Shown piece after piece: positions 1-9,040 of a stretch of DNA of 34,687 nucleotides; the first letter of the stretch is position 1, and each line of letters starts with the position of its first letter. The translations under genes were made by a program, and so were the position numbers. The stretch comes from Polyangiaceae bacterium. Lineage in GTDB: Bacteria > Myxococcota_A > Polyangia > Polyangiales > Polyangiaceae. The notes beneath the pieces are model-generated. The model saw only the letters and a program-made list of their open reading frames with translations, was not told the DNA's origin and made no database searches. The stretch is taken from assembly GCA_044222475.1 (NCBI GenBank), contig JBGANF010000008.1, positions 1-34,687 on the forward strand, written 5' to 3'.

Positions 1-1190
1 TGCGCGCGCACCGCGCCCGCGGGGTCTGCGTCCTCGGAAGCGCGACGCCGTCGCTCGAGAGCGAGCAGCTCGTTCGCTCGAACAAGGCCATCCGGCTGCG
101 CCTCCCGGATCGCGCGCGCGCCCAGCCGATGCCCAAGGTCGAGGTCGTCGATCTACGGCGCATCGGGGCGGGCCCCACCGGCGACAAGCGGATCAGCCTT
201 CCGCTCCACCGCGCCCTCGAGCAGACGCTCGCCGCCAAGGAGCAAGCGATCCTCTTCTTGAACCGTCGCGGCTTCTCGCCCAGCGTTCGCTGCGAGGCCT
301 GCGGCGTCGTGAGCGAGTGCGCGAGCTGCTCGGTCGCGCTCACGTACCACAAGGCCGGGCGCTCGGCGTTCGGCTCGGCGACGCTTCGCTGCCATTACTG
401 CGATCACGAAGAGCCGATGCCCACCCGTTGCAAAAAGTGCGCGGCGCCGGCGCTCGTCCTCGAAGGGCTCGGGACCGAGAAGCTCGAAGAGACGCTCGCC
501 AAGGCGTTCCCCGACGCCCGCGTCGCGCGCCTCGATCGCGACGTCGCGACCGGCAAGAACATCGAGACCCTGCTCGATCGCGTCCGCCGCCGCGAGGTCG
601 ACATCCTCGTCGGCACGCAGATGGTCACCAAAGGGCACGACTTGCCGCACGTCACGCTGGTCGGCGTCGTCAACGCCGACGCGGCGCTCTCCATCCCGGA
701 CTTCCGCGCGTCCGAGCGCGCGTTCCAGCTCATGGTGCAGGTCGCCGGTCGCGCGGGGCGCGGTGACGTGCCGGGGCGCGTGTTGATCCAGTCGTACGAT
801 CCGGACCACGTGGCGATCGCGTACGCGATGAAGCACGACGTCGACGGCTTCCTCGAGCGCGAGCTCGCCGATCGTCGCGAGCTCGGCTACCCGCCGTTCT
901 CTCGCGCGGCGCTCCTCCGCTTCGATGCGATCGACGAAGCGGAGACGCGCGGCGCGTGTGCCCAGGTGGCCGAAGCGTGCCGGCGCGTCGCCGACTCGAG
1001 CGTGTTGGTTCTCGGTCCCTCGCCCGCGCCGCTCGCTCGCCTTCGCAACCGGTACCGCTTCCGCGTTCTCGTGCGTTGTCCCGAAAGGGGACCGCTGCGA
1101 AAGGTCCTCCTCGTCGCGGAGCGGATGCGCGCCCAGCTCTCGCGCAAGGTGCGCATGGTGATCGACGTCGATCCCGTGCAGCTCCTGTGA
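1..1190 (+). CDS. priA: Primosomal protein N' (PriA replication-restart helicase), 5'-truncated by the window edge
   Basis: The frame is open from nt 3. Upstream translation reads ...GVCVLGSATPSLES... (PriA helicase C-terminal motif). A Cys4 cluster follows (CEACGVVSECASCSVALTYH...LRCHYCDHEEPMPTRCKKCAAP), typical of the PriA zinc-binding domain. Helicase motif VI-like QVAGRAGR and a C-terminal domain are present. The ATG at 129 is internal, not the true start. Confidence 0.85.
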   Translation, partial: RAHRARGVCVLGSATPSLESEQLVRSNKAIRLRLPDRARAQPMPKVEVVDLRRIGAGPTGDKRISLPLHRALEQTLAAKEQAILFLNRRGFSPSVRCEACGVVSECASCSVALTYHKAGRSAFGSATLRCHYCDHEEPMPTRCKKCAAPALVLEGLGTEKLEETLAKAFPDARVARLDRDVATGKNIETLLDRVRRREVDILVGTQMVTKGHDLPHVTLVGVVNADAALSIPDFRASERAFQLMVQVAGRAGRGDVPGRVLIQSYDPDHVAIAYAMKHDVDGFLERELADRRELGYPPFSRAALLRFDAIDEAETRGACAQVAEACRRVADSSVLVLGPSPAPLARLRNRYRFRVLVRCPERGPLRKVLLVAERMRAQLSRKVRMVIDVDPVQLL

Positions 1191-1213
1191 TCGGTGTTGT
1201 AGGCTCTGGGTAG

Positions 1214-1798
1214 GTGCCGCCCGCTCTATCCACCCGGCTCGAGACGCCGCGCTTCGTCATCCGCCCGCCAAAAGGCGACGACGCACGCGCCATCATCGCG
1301 GCGCTGAAGCGCAACGCCGAGCACCTCGCGCCGTGGAGCCCGGCCGGCGTCGTCGGACCTCAAGCCCGCACGGCCGTTCGCATCTCGGCGGCGATCGCCG
1401 AGGCGCGGCGGAACTGGGGCAAGGACACGCAGTACAACCTGTACGTCTTCGATCGCGAGGACGCGACCACGATCCTCGGCCGCATCAACCTCACGGTGAC
1501 GCGCGGCGCATTTCAGAACGCGTACGTCGGCTACTGGTGCGACCACGCACGCCAGGGCACCGGGCTCATGACGGAGTGCCTCTCGGCTGCGATCGACTTC
1601 GGCTTCGGTCCGCTCGCGCTCCACCGGATCCAAGCGGCGATCATGCCTCGCAACGGCGCGAGCATCCGCGTGGTCGAGAAGCTCGGCTTTCGCAACGAGG
1701 GGCTCGCCGCGCGCTACCTCCAGATCGCCGGTGTATGGGAGGACCACGTCATCTACGCCCGCACCGTCGAAGAACGAGCAACTCCGCCCGCGCGCTGA
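1214..1798 (+). CDS. GNAT family N-acetyltransferase (RimJ/RimL-like)
   Basis: GTG start 23 nt after the priA stop. Motifs YVGYWCDHARQGTGLMTE and RNGASIRVVEKLGFRNEG match the acetyl-CoA binding core of RimJ-like acetyltransferases. Confidence 0.75.
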   Translation: MPPALSTRLETPRFVIRPPKGDDARAIIAALKRNAEHLAPWSPAGVVGPQARTAVRISAAIAEARRNWGKDTQYNLYVFDREDATTILGRINLTVTRGAFQNAYVGYWCDHARQGTGLMTECLSAAIDFGFGPLALHRIQAAIMPRNGASIRVVEKLGFRNEGLAARYLQIAGVWEDHVIYARTVEERATPPAR

Positions 1799-1811
1799 CC
1801 GATGGACCGCC

Positions 1812-2438
1812 ATGGTCTCGCCGCGCGCGCTCGGCGCCGCTCTCGTCGAGGGTCTGCTGTCGCTCGCGTCTCCACCGCGCTGCGCGGCTTGCGACGAGCG
1901 CGTCGCCGCTCGCGTCGTGTTCTGCCCGGCGTGCGCCCGCACGGTCGAGCGTGCTCCAGCCGGAGCGAGCGCTCCGTTCCTCTACGGTGGCGCGCTCGCT
2001 CGCGCGATCCATCGCTTCAAGTACGAGGACGCGACGCACCTCGCGCGTCCGCTCGGTGAGCTCCTCCGTCACGCACCCGTACCCGTCGTCGGGCTCTCCG
2101 TCGTGGTACCCGTGCCGCTCCACCCGCGGCGACTCGCGCAGCGCGGTTTCAACCAAGCCGCGCTGCTCGGCGACGCGATCGCGCGGGCGTGGAGTCTGCC
2201 CATGAACGTCACCGCGCTCTCGCGCGTGCGCGACACGAGCCGACAAGCGGAGCTCGAGCGCGATGCACGCCTCACCAACGTCGACGGAGCATTCCACACC
2301 GCCCACTCCATGGTGGGTCACCATGTCCTACTTGTAGACGACGTGGCGACCACTGGAGCGACGCTGCGCGCCTGCGCAGCATCGCTCACGGCCGCCGGCG
2401 CGAAGGTCCGTAACCTCGTCCTCGCTGTCGCGCTCTGA
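1812..2438 (+). CDS. ComF family protein (phosphoribosyltransferase-domain, ComFC/GntX-like)
   Basis: N-terminal CxxC...CxxC zinc finger (CAACDERV...FCPACART). It has VPVPLHPRRLAQRGFNQAALL and the PRTase signature VLLVDDVATTGATL. The ATG at 1812 is preferred over the upstream track start at 1731 because of the 13-nt gap to the GNAT stop. Confidence 0.75.
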   Translation: MVSPRALGAALVEGLLSLASPPRCAACDERVAARVVFCPACARTVERAPAGASAPFLYGGALARAIHRFKYEDATHLARPLGELLRHAPVPVVGLSVVVPVPLHPRRLAQRGFNQAALLGDAIARAWSLPMNVTALSRVRDTSRQAELERDARLTNVDGAFHTAHSMVGHHVLLVDDVATTGATLRACAASLTAAGAKVRNLVLAVAL

Positions 2439-2453
2439 TACCCTTGGAGTCGC

Positions 2454-5117
2454 GTGAGCAACCACGAGTGGCGATGGGCAGATCCCGCCGGACAGCAGCG
2501 TCTGGTCCGTACGGACGAGCTGAGAGCGGCTCTTTCGAGCGGTCTGATCCCCGCAAATGCCCCGGTCTGGCGGCGCGGCTGGACCGAGTGGAAGCCGGCT
2601 CAAGAGGTGCCCGAGCTCAGCCAGAGCGCGCTCGGTGCGGCGAACGGGGTGCTCTTGAACGTGCCGCCGCCTCCGCTGTTCGTCGTCGCTGCCCAGAGTG
2701 AGTTCGAGGGCGAGGGCGGGGACGACGCAGCCGAAGAGGAGCCGCCGCCACCGCCGAGGTACGTGCCGCTCGCTGCCCCTGCGCCGCCGGCGGTGCCGCC
2801 GGTGGTCACGGACGCCAAGCCCAAGGTCGCCGAGGCGCCGAAAGCCGCCGAGAAGCCGAAGACACCCGAGGCGTCGCCGAAGCCCGCGATCGTCGTCCCG
2901 AAACCCGCCGAAGCGACGACGAAGCCGATGCCGGTTCGCGCGAAGGACCCGCCCAAGATCCCGCCCGCGCCGATGCCGATCAAGCCCGCCGCGAAGACCG
3001 TGCAGACGGCGCCGGCCGCTACCGCGAAGGCGCCGGCCGTCGCGCACGCGCCTGCTCCAGCGCCCGCCGCGCGCGCGGGCTTGCCGCCGAGTCCACCGCC
3101 GGGCAGCGAGATGCGTTCGATCCCGACGATGCGCGGCATTCCGGTGATCCCGGATCCGACCAAGGTGCCGAAGATCGAGATGCCGCACGTCGAGAAGACG
3201 GCGCCGATGCCGCGCGTGGAGCCCGTCCCTCACGACGCACCTTCGTCGATCAAGCGCGCGACGTTGCCGGTCTTCCCGGCGCCTCCCCCGATGACGAAGG
3301 CCGACGAGCCGTCGGCGCGACCGCCGCCCGAACCTGCACCGGTCGTGGTGCCGCCGCCCGCGGACTCACCGCAGCCGGCCCTGAGCAAGCACCCGACGTT
3401 GATCCAGTTTGGTGGTGCTCCCGAGTCGACGCCGCCACCAGCCGAAGCCGCACCGATCGTGGTACCGCCGCCCGAGAAGAGCGAGGTCACCGGGGGCTCC
3501 GTCACCCGACCGCCGCCGTGGGGCGAAGGCGCAGTAGGGATGGCGCCCGACATCCCGAAGTCGACGCCTGCGCCGAAGATCGCTCCGGAGAACGTGGAGG
3601 AGCTCAGCGGATCGATGCTCCTCCCCGAGTCGATTCCGCCGCCGTTGCCCGCCAATCGTCCGGTGGAGCTCAGCTCGTCCGACCTCACCTCCGAAGCCGA
3701 GATCGTCGTCGCGAAGCCGGCGCCGCTGGTCCCGGGCGAGAAACGCGCCGGCACGTTGATGGGGATGGCCCCGCCGCCGCTCACCAAGAGCGAGAAGCCG
3801 CCGAAGCGCGAAGAAGAGCCGCTGCCGGCCAAGACGGAGCCGATGAAGGCTCCGCCGAAGATGGAGGAAGACGCCGTCCCTCTGCCCCGTCCGAGCGGCG
3901 CACGGACCATCAACCTGCGCGAGATCGCTCGGGAGCGCCCGCCGTGGTTCCTCGCCTCCGCGGGTGCGTTCGGCGCGCTCCTCTTCATCGGGCTCGTCGG
4001 CGTCGTGATGAAGATCGCGGGGAGCGGCAGCGGAGCGACGACGGCCACGAGCGCGAGCGCCACCGCTGCGACGTCCGTCGCGCCGACCGTGTCCACGACA
4101 CCCACCGCGGTCACGACCACGACCGCGCCGTCGACTCCGAAGTCCGTGACGTGCGCCGTGTCGGGGAAGCCGAAGACCATCGCCTCGAGCGCGATGGTGG
4201 GGAGCGGCGTCGAGGTGCGTGCCAGCGGCGGCGGCGTCGCGCTCGCGTTCGCCACGAGCCCGAAGGACGGAACACTCATGGTGCTCGATCCGTCGACGCT
4301 CGACGCGACGTCGACGTCGCGCGCCAAGTCCGCCGACGCCATTCGACGCGTCGTCGCGCTGAAGAGCGGCGTCGCGCTCGACTCCGATCGCAAAGGCGAC
4401 AAGCTCCAAGGGCGCCGCACGGTCGTGACCAACCCGCCGATCGATCTCGGGTCCGACGGCACCAACCTCGCGTGGGCCGCCCACGGGACCGACAAGACGA
4501 TCCCGCTCTGGCCGCTCGGCGGCACCGGACCGGTCGAAGCCATCCGCGCAGAGCAGACCGACGCCGCGACGTTCGTCGCGTTCCGCCAAGGCACGAGCAT
4601 CTACGTGGGCGCGTTCGGCGGCACTCCGCCCGCGCCGCTCGGCGGGCTCACGAAGATCGACGGATTCGGTCCCAAAGTGGGATCTCCGGCGATCGCTGCG
4701 AGCGGCGACCACGCGCTCGTCGTCTGGGCGGATCGCGCCGCCGACACCGATCCTTGGGGGCTCCGCTACGTAGCGTTCCAGGCCGGCAAAGACGCGCCCG
4801 CAGCGAAGAAGTTCGACGTGCCCGCCGGCGGTCTCGGCGAGCACGCGATGTCTCCCGGCGTCGCCAGCCTCGCGGGCGGTCACTACTTCCTCCTCTGGGC
4901 CGAAGGCCCCACGTCGAGCCATCAGGTTCGCGGCATCGTGCTGGACTCCGCCGGCGCGGCGCACGGTGACGCGCTCACGGTGAGCGCAGAAGGAGTCAAC
5001 GCCGGTCAGGGCCAAGCCGCGGTGCAAGCCGACGGCAAAGGCGTCGTCGCTTTCCTGGCCGGAAGCGGCAAGTCGTTCGACGTGATCGCAACCTCGATTG
5101 CATGTACCGAAAAATGA
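2454..5117 (+). CDS. Membrane protein with N-terminal DUF4339/GYF-like domain, long Pro/Ala/Lys-rich linker, one TM helix and a C-terminal beta-rich extracytoplasmic domain
   Basis: GTG start preceded by GGAG 7 nt upstream. The N-terminus EWRWADPAGQQRLVRTDELRAALSSGLIPANAPVWRRGWTEWKPAQEV matches the DUF4339 (GYF_2) consensus. ~450 aa of PxxP/AP/KP low complexity follows. The TM helix is WFLASAGAFGALLFIGLVGVVMKIAG. A Ser/Thr-rich spacer and a ~330 aa Gly/Ala/Val-rich C-terminal domain follow. Confidence 0.7.
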   Translation: MSNHEWRWADPAGQQRLVRTDELRAALSSGLIPANAPVWRRGWTEWKPAQEVPELSQSALGAANGVLLNVPPPPLFVVAAQSEFEGEGGDDAAEEEPPPPPRYVPLAAPAPPAVPPVVTDAKPKVAEAPKAAEKPKTPEASPKPAIVVPKPAEATTKPMPVRAKDPPKIPPAPMPIKPAAKTVQTAPAATAKAPAVAHAPAPAPAARAGLPPSPPPGSEMRSIPTMRGIPVIPDPTKVPKIEMPHVEKTAPMPRVEPVPHDAPSSIKRATLPVFPAPPPMTKADEPSARPPPEPAPVVVPPPADSPQPALSKHPTLIQFGGAPESTPPPAEAAPIVVPPPEKSEVTGGSVTRPPPWGEGAVGMAPDIPKSTPAPKIAPENVEELSGSMLLPESIPPPLPANRPVELSSSDLTSEAEIVVAKPAPLVPGEKRAGTLMGMAPPPLTKSEKPPKREEEPLPAKTEPMKAPPKMEEDAVPLPRPSGARTINLREIARERPPWFLASAGAFGALLFIGLVGVVMKIAGSGSGATTATSASATAATSVAPTVSTTPTAVTTTTAPSTPKSVTCAVSGKPKTIASSAMVGSGVEVRASGGGVALAFATSPKDGTLMVLDPSTLDATSTSRAKSADAIRRVVALKSGVALDSDRKGDKLQGRRTVVTNPPIDLGSDGTNLAWAAHGTDKTIPLWPLGGTGPVEAIRAEQTDAATFVAFRQGTSIYVGAFGGTPPAPLGGLTKIDGFGPKVGSPAIAASGDHALVVWADRAADTDPWGLRYVAFQAGKDAPAAKKFDVPAGGLGEHAMSPGVASLAGGHYFLLWAEGPTSSHQVRGIVLDSAGAAHGDALTVSAEGVNAGQGQAAVQADGKGVVAFLAGSGKSFDVIATSIACTEK

Positions 5118-5989
5118 ACATCCTCCGCTCCACCGCGCTCGCCGCGATCTTCGTCGTCGCGTGCAACCTCTTCGAAGGTGGCACGCACGTCCGCGAAGGT
5201 CAGCTCTACCAACCTGGCGTGGCCAACTACGATCGGTACTTCAAAGAGGTCCACGAGCTCCAGGTGGCGCAGAACACGTGGCCGGAGGACCGCAAGGCGT
5301 CGCGTCGCGCGCTCGTCGACTTCTTGAAGCTCAGCCTCGACGCAGCGGACGTCACGATCGCGCAGGCGACCCACGAGCGCATGGTCGCGGCGGCACACCA
5401 GTTCGGCACGACCAAGCTCGAGGTGAAATCCGACGACGCTCACGTCGTCGTCGCAGGCGGCGACGGGCGAATCGACGCGACCACGAAGGATCTCTTTCGC
5501 GCGATCGAGACGACGGTCAAGGCCGAGCTCGCGCGACGCAAAGCTCTCGGCGAGATCCCTGCGCGCATCGACGATCTCACGAAGGTCGGGCGCGACCTCG
5601 AACCCCACGTGCGCGAGGACTTCGCGAAGAACGGCGGCTCGATGGCGAGCGACGTCAAAGCGGAGCTCACGTCGAGCTACGAGGTGCTCGGTACGCTATC
5701 GGGCAAAGCGCGCACGGAGGCGCGCGAGGCGGAGGACTTCGTGTCCGTTCTCGACCGGGCCGTCGCCGCCGAGCCGTCCGAGCCGCTGGTGAAGCTCGAG
5801 CCGCCCAAGCCGCCGCCGGGCGCGAAGCCCCGGCCCACCGCGACGTCGACGCCCCCGCCGAAGCCCCCGCCGACGGCGACCACGCCGAAGCCCCCGCCGA
5901 CGGCGACCACGCCGCCGACCGCGACCGCCACGACGCCGAAGCCGCCACCGCCGAAGCCGACGGGCGGTGGCGAAGTCTTCGAGCCGTGA
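5114..5989 (+). CDS. Lipoprotein with C-terminal PKPPPTATT proline-rich repeats
   Basis: Signal peptide plus lipobox (AAIFVVAC). The ATG overlaps the upstream stop as ATGA (5114-5117). A protein-like helical middle region is followed by tandem PKPPPTATT repeats. The overlapping ORF 5098.. in another frame is Arg-rich junk. Confidence 0.65.
   Translation: MNILRSTALAAIFVVACNLFEGGTHVREGQLYQPGVANYDRYFKEVHELQVAQNTWPEDRKASRRALVDFLKLSLDAADVTIAQATHERMVAAAHQFGTTKLEVKSDDAHVVVAGGDGRIDATTKDLFRAIETTVKAELARRKALGEIPARIDDLTKVGRDLEPHVREDFAKNGGSMASDVKAELTSSYEVLGTLSGKARTEAREAEDFVSVLDRAVAAEPSEPLVKLEPPKPPPGAKPRPTATSTPPPKPPPTATTPKPPPTATTPPTATATTPKPPPPKPTGGGEVFEP
5858..5911 (+). repeat. Exact 27-nt tandem duplication (ccgaagcccccgccgacggcgaccacg x2) encoding PKPPPTATT repeats
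   Basis: Read directly from the sequence. Coordinates are accurate to about +/-1 nt. Confidence 0.6.
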
Positions 5990-6000
5990 CACGCTACCGG

Positions 6001-7254
6001 ATGGCGTTCGTCTCGCGGCGGGCCGTGATCGCGCTCGCGTTCGCGGGAGGGATCGTCGCCGGCGTCGTGCACTGCAGCGACCCTCAGGGTCCGATCGGGC
6101 CCGACGGCGGTGGCGATGGGCCCTTCGACAAGGACGCCGACCTCTGCGGCGCGCTCTCGCTGTGCAGCGGCGTCTGCGTCGACACGTCGACGTCGGTCGC
6201 CCACTGCGGTGGTTGCGGCAAGGCGTGCGCTACCGGAGAGACGTGCGTTGGCGGAGCGTGCAAAGGGTGTGCGTCGGTCGACATCGACGGAGACGGAGAC
6301 GATTCGTGCAAGGACTGCGACGACTCGGACCCGCTCGTGAACCACGCAGCCTTCGACGTGCCGGGAAACGGCAAGGACGACGACTGCAACGGCACGAAGG
6401 ACGACGTCGTGGCGTGCGAGGGATCGCCGCAGTCGAACTCGTCGTTCGCGGTCGAGTACGCGCGAGCGATGGAGCTCTGCGAGCCGACGCTCCTCAAGGT
6501 GGACCTCGTTTCGCCGGACGACCGCGCTCGGCAAATCGCCGCCGACTGGGGCCTCTTCAAACCCCGCGCCGGCGCGCGTTTTGCGGCGTTTTCGACCGGC
6601 GTCGCGGCGGCACCCGGGCACACGGCGCCCGCGCCAATCGTCGGACAGACGCCGCAACTAGGAACGGACTTCCAGAAGAAAGGCGCGCCATACCCCGGTA
6701 CGCTCGGGAGCCAGTCCTGCCCGCTCCCGCTCGCCGATCCGGTGACGGTGAACGACCTCACGTCGTTCACCGTTACCATCTTGGTACCGTCGAACGCCCA
6801 CTCGTTCCTGCTCGACCTGAACTTCCTGACCGCCGACGCGCCCGAGTGGCCGTGCTCGGACTTCGACGATCAGGCGCTCGTCCTGCTCGACTCGGCATCG
6901 TTCAAGGGGAACCTCGTCGTCGACGCCAAAGGCCGGCGTCTGGGGGTGAACCATGGCCTCGTCCTCGCGCTCGACGCCCCGAGTCTCCTCGGTACCGGCT
7001 TCGACGTGATCGACGGCAACGGCAAGGTGACCGGGGCGGCGACCGGGTGGGTCACGCTGCGCGCGCCGGTGACCCCGCGGGAGCAGATCACCCTACGTTT
7101 CCACCTCTTCGACTCGAAGGACGGCATCTACGACTCGCAGCTCTTGCTCGATCACTTCCGCTGGTCGACCGATGTGGTGACGTGCCCGAGCACCACGAGC
7201 CCGCTCGACGACGCGGGCGCGGGGGGATGCCCTGGTGATGCGGGGAAGGACTAG
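6001..7254 (+). CDS. Secreted/lipo- Cys-rich protein with putative myxobacterial metal-binding Cys motif and C-terminal beta-sandwich-like domain
   Basis: Signal peptide MAFVSRRAVIALAFAGGIVAGVVHCS. CGALSLCSGVCVDTSTSVAHCGGCGKACATGETCVGGAC is followed by DIDGDGDDSCKDCDDSDPLVNHAAFDVPGNGKDDDCNG. These resemble the Cys repeats annotated in Myxococcota as 'putative metal-binding motif'. A C-terminal ~280 aa domain contains further Cys. It sits 11 nt after the upstream stop. Confidence 0.65.
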   Translation: MAFVSRRAVIALAFAGGIVAGVVHCSDPQGPIGPDGGGDGPFDKDADLCGALSLCSGVCVDTSTSVAHCGGCGKACATGETCVGGACKGCASVDIDGDGDDSCKDCDDSDPLVNHAAFDVPGNGKDDDCNGTKDDVVACEGSPQSNSSFAVEYARAMELCEPTLLKVDLVSPDDRARQIAADWGLFKPRAGARFAAFSTGVAAAPGHTAPAPIVGQTPQLGTDFQKKGAPYPGTLGSQSCPLPLADPVTVNDLTSFTVTILVPSNAHSFLLDLNFLTADAPEWPCSDFDDQALVLLDSASFKGNLVVDAKGRRLGVNHGLVLALDAPSLLGTGFDVIDGNGKVTGAATGWVTLRAPVTPREQITLRFHLFDSKDGIYDSQLLLDHFRWSTDVVTCPSTTSPLDDAGAGGCPGDAGKD

Positions 7255-7263
7255 AATGGCGTC

Positions 7264-7743
7264 ATGAGCAGCACCCTTCGCCGCACGATCCTCCATGGCA
7301 CTCGATCACTCGTGCTCGCGTTCACGCTCCTGGCCTTCGCCGGCGTCGGGCAGCTGGGCTGCGGAGAGTCGTCCACCGCCAACACCAGCGCGACGTTGAA
7401 GAACGCGCAGCTCTGCGATCCGGCCTTCCCCCAAGATTGTCCCTTCAGCACGTGCGCCGACGTCGTCGGCGGCAACTCGGTGAAGGGCGGTGTCGCCTAC
7501 CAGTGGGACATGCCCGCGGTGAAGGGCACCATCTGCACGAGGTCGTGTAGCCAAGACGGCGATTGCGCCGGCTTCAACTTCGCCTCCGCCAACGGGCACC
7601 AGACGGCCAGCGAGGAGTGGCGGTGCGTGTCGAACGTGTGCCGCGTGCGGGTGACCGCTCCGCCGTCGGCCCCCGTCGATCCCTGCGCCGGCTGCGGCGG
7701 GGTCTTCTGCTCGGGCAACTGCATCGGCTGCAGTCAGTGCTGA
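7264..7743 (+). CDS. Small secreted Cys-rich protein (12 Cys in ~130 mature residues)
   Basis: Signal peptide (SLVLAFTLLAFAGVGQLGCG). Cys-rich mature part with CxxC-like clusters (PCAGCGGVFCSGNCIGCSQC at the C-terminus). It lies 9 nt after the upstream stop. Confidence 0.55.
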   Translation: MSSTLRRTILHGTRSLVLAFTLLAFAGVGQLGCGESSTANTSATLKNAQLCDPAFPQDCPFSTCADVVGGNSVKGGVAYQWDMPAVKGTICTRSCSQDGDCAGFNFASANGHQTASEEWRCVSNVCRVRVTAPPSAPVDPCAGCGGVFCSGNCIGCSQC

Positions 7744-7750
7744 AGAGGCG

Positions 7751-9040
7751 CTAGTTCGACGCGAACTTGCTGGACGGGTACTTCTTCGCCGCGTCGTCCA
7801 AGTGGGTCTGCACCATCTCGGCCGTGATGACCTCGGGCAGGAGGTCACGCGTACCGTCGGGGTACACGATCATGTAGTCCGGGATGCCGGACCGACCCGT
7901 GCTGTCGAGCAGCGCATCGAGCTCGTCGTTCGAGTTCGTGAAGTCGACCTTCATCGGGAGCACCTTCGTTCGATCGAAGGCGTTGCGCACCGTGTCGGTC
8001 TCGATGAAGGACTTCTCGTTCACCTTGCAGGTCGCGCACCACTCGGCCGTGAAGTCGAGGAACACCGGGCGTCCGCGCGCATGCTCGGCCTTGATGCGCG
8101 CCTTGTCGTACGGGACCCACGCGATGTGACCGTCGACGATGACCGGCGCCTCGGCCTTTGCCGTGGTGGTGACGTCGGTCGAGGCGACCGCGACCGGCTC
8201 CGGCTTGGCGAAGCTGACGATGAAGAACCCGGCGCCCGCGACGAGCCCGATCTGGAGGAAACGGACCGCCCAGCGACGCACCGGCGGCGCCGCGACGCCA
8301 CCGAACCGACCGCCCGCCCAGAGCGCGAGCGCCAGGACGAGCAGGAAGATGAGGAACGAGTTGGCGCTCTGCGGAGTGAGCTGCGACTGGAGCGTGCGGA
8401 AGAGCCAGATCGCCGTGCCCATGAGGGTGAAGCCCATGACCTGCTTCAACGTCTCCATCCAGCGGCCGGGCCGCGGGAGGATGCGCGAGAACGCCGGGAT
8501 CAACGTGAGGAGCAGGTACGGCAGCGCGAGGCCGAAGCCGATCGTCGCGAAGACGAGGAGCGTCTGCCACGGGGCCGCGTCCGAGCCGAGCGCGAACGCG
8601 ACCGCGGTACCGAGGAACGGCGCCGAACACGGCGTGGACATGATCGCGGCGAAGAGCCCGTTGAAGTACGAGCCGGAGAACTTGTCGTCATCGCCGCCTT
8701 CGGCGCTCGACGAGAGCGTGATCTCGAACACACCGAGCGAGTTGAGACCGAACGCGAAGACCAACGCGACCATGAACGCGACGAACTTCGGCTGCTGGAA
8801 CTGCATGCCCCAGCCGAGGTGCTTGCCCGACGCCTTGATGACGAGGACCAGGATGGCGAGCCCGACGAACAGCGTCATGGTGCCGAGCGTGTAGGCGAGG
8901 CCGTGGAGGCGCCGCTTGTGCGCGTCGTGCCGGGCGTGGTCGACGACGCTCATCGCCTTGAGCGCCAGCACCGGAAGGACGCATGGCATCACATTGAGGA
9001 TCAGCCCGCCGACCAGTGCGATTCCGAGAATTCCGAGCAT
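7751..9040 (-). CDS. dsbD: Protein-disulfide reductase DsbD family (CcdA-like TM beta-domain fused to C-terminal thioredoxin gamma-domain; no alpha domain)
   Basis: Conserved TM Cys pair (NVMPCVLPV ... STPCSAPFLGTA). C-terminal thioredoxin fold with WCATCK active site. ~8 TM segments. Convergent with the Cys-rich cassette (7-nt gap to the 7743 stop). Confidence 0.8.
   Translation of the reverse strand: MLGILGIALVGGLILNVMPCVLPVLALKAMSVVDHARHDAHKRRLHGLAYTLGTMTLFVGLAILVLVIKASGKHLGWGMQFQQPKFVAFMVALVFAFGLNSLGVFEITLSSSAEGGDDDKFSGSYFNGLFAAIMSTPCSAPFLGTAVAFALGSDAAPWQTLLVFATIGFGLALPYLLLTLIPAFSRILPRPGRWMETLKQVMGFTLMGTAIWLFRTLQSQLTPQSANSFLIFLLVLALALWAGGRFGGVAAPPVRRWAVRFLQIGLVAGAGFFIVSFAKPEPVAVASTDVTTTAKAEAPVIVDGHIAWVPYDKARIKAEHARGRPVFLDFTAEWCATCKVNEKSFIETDTVRNAFDRTKVLPMKVDFTNSNDELDALLDSTGRSGIPDYMIVYPDGTRDLLPEVITAEMVQTHLDDAAKKYPSSKFASN

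Noticed and set aside
129-1190. Treating the 353-aa ORF as a complete small gene starting at the ATG at 129
   Set aside because: The frame is open to nt 3 and the upstream translation (GVCVLGSATPSLES...) is the PriA helicase domain. The gene is a 5'-truncated priA.
3230-5027. 456-aa and 553-aa ORFs on the - strand inside the DUF4339 gene
   Set aside because: Low-complexity Gly/Ser/Arg-rich antisense frames. The + strand gives a coherent domain architecture.
5098-6000. 5' part of track ORF 5098..7254 in a second frame overlapping the lipoprotein gene
   Set aside because: The first ~300 codons are Arg-rich junk. Only the portion from the ATG at 6001 (signal peptide onward) is protein-like, so the gene was trimmed to 6001-7254.
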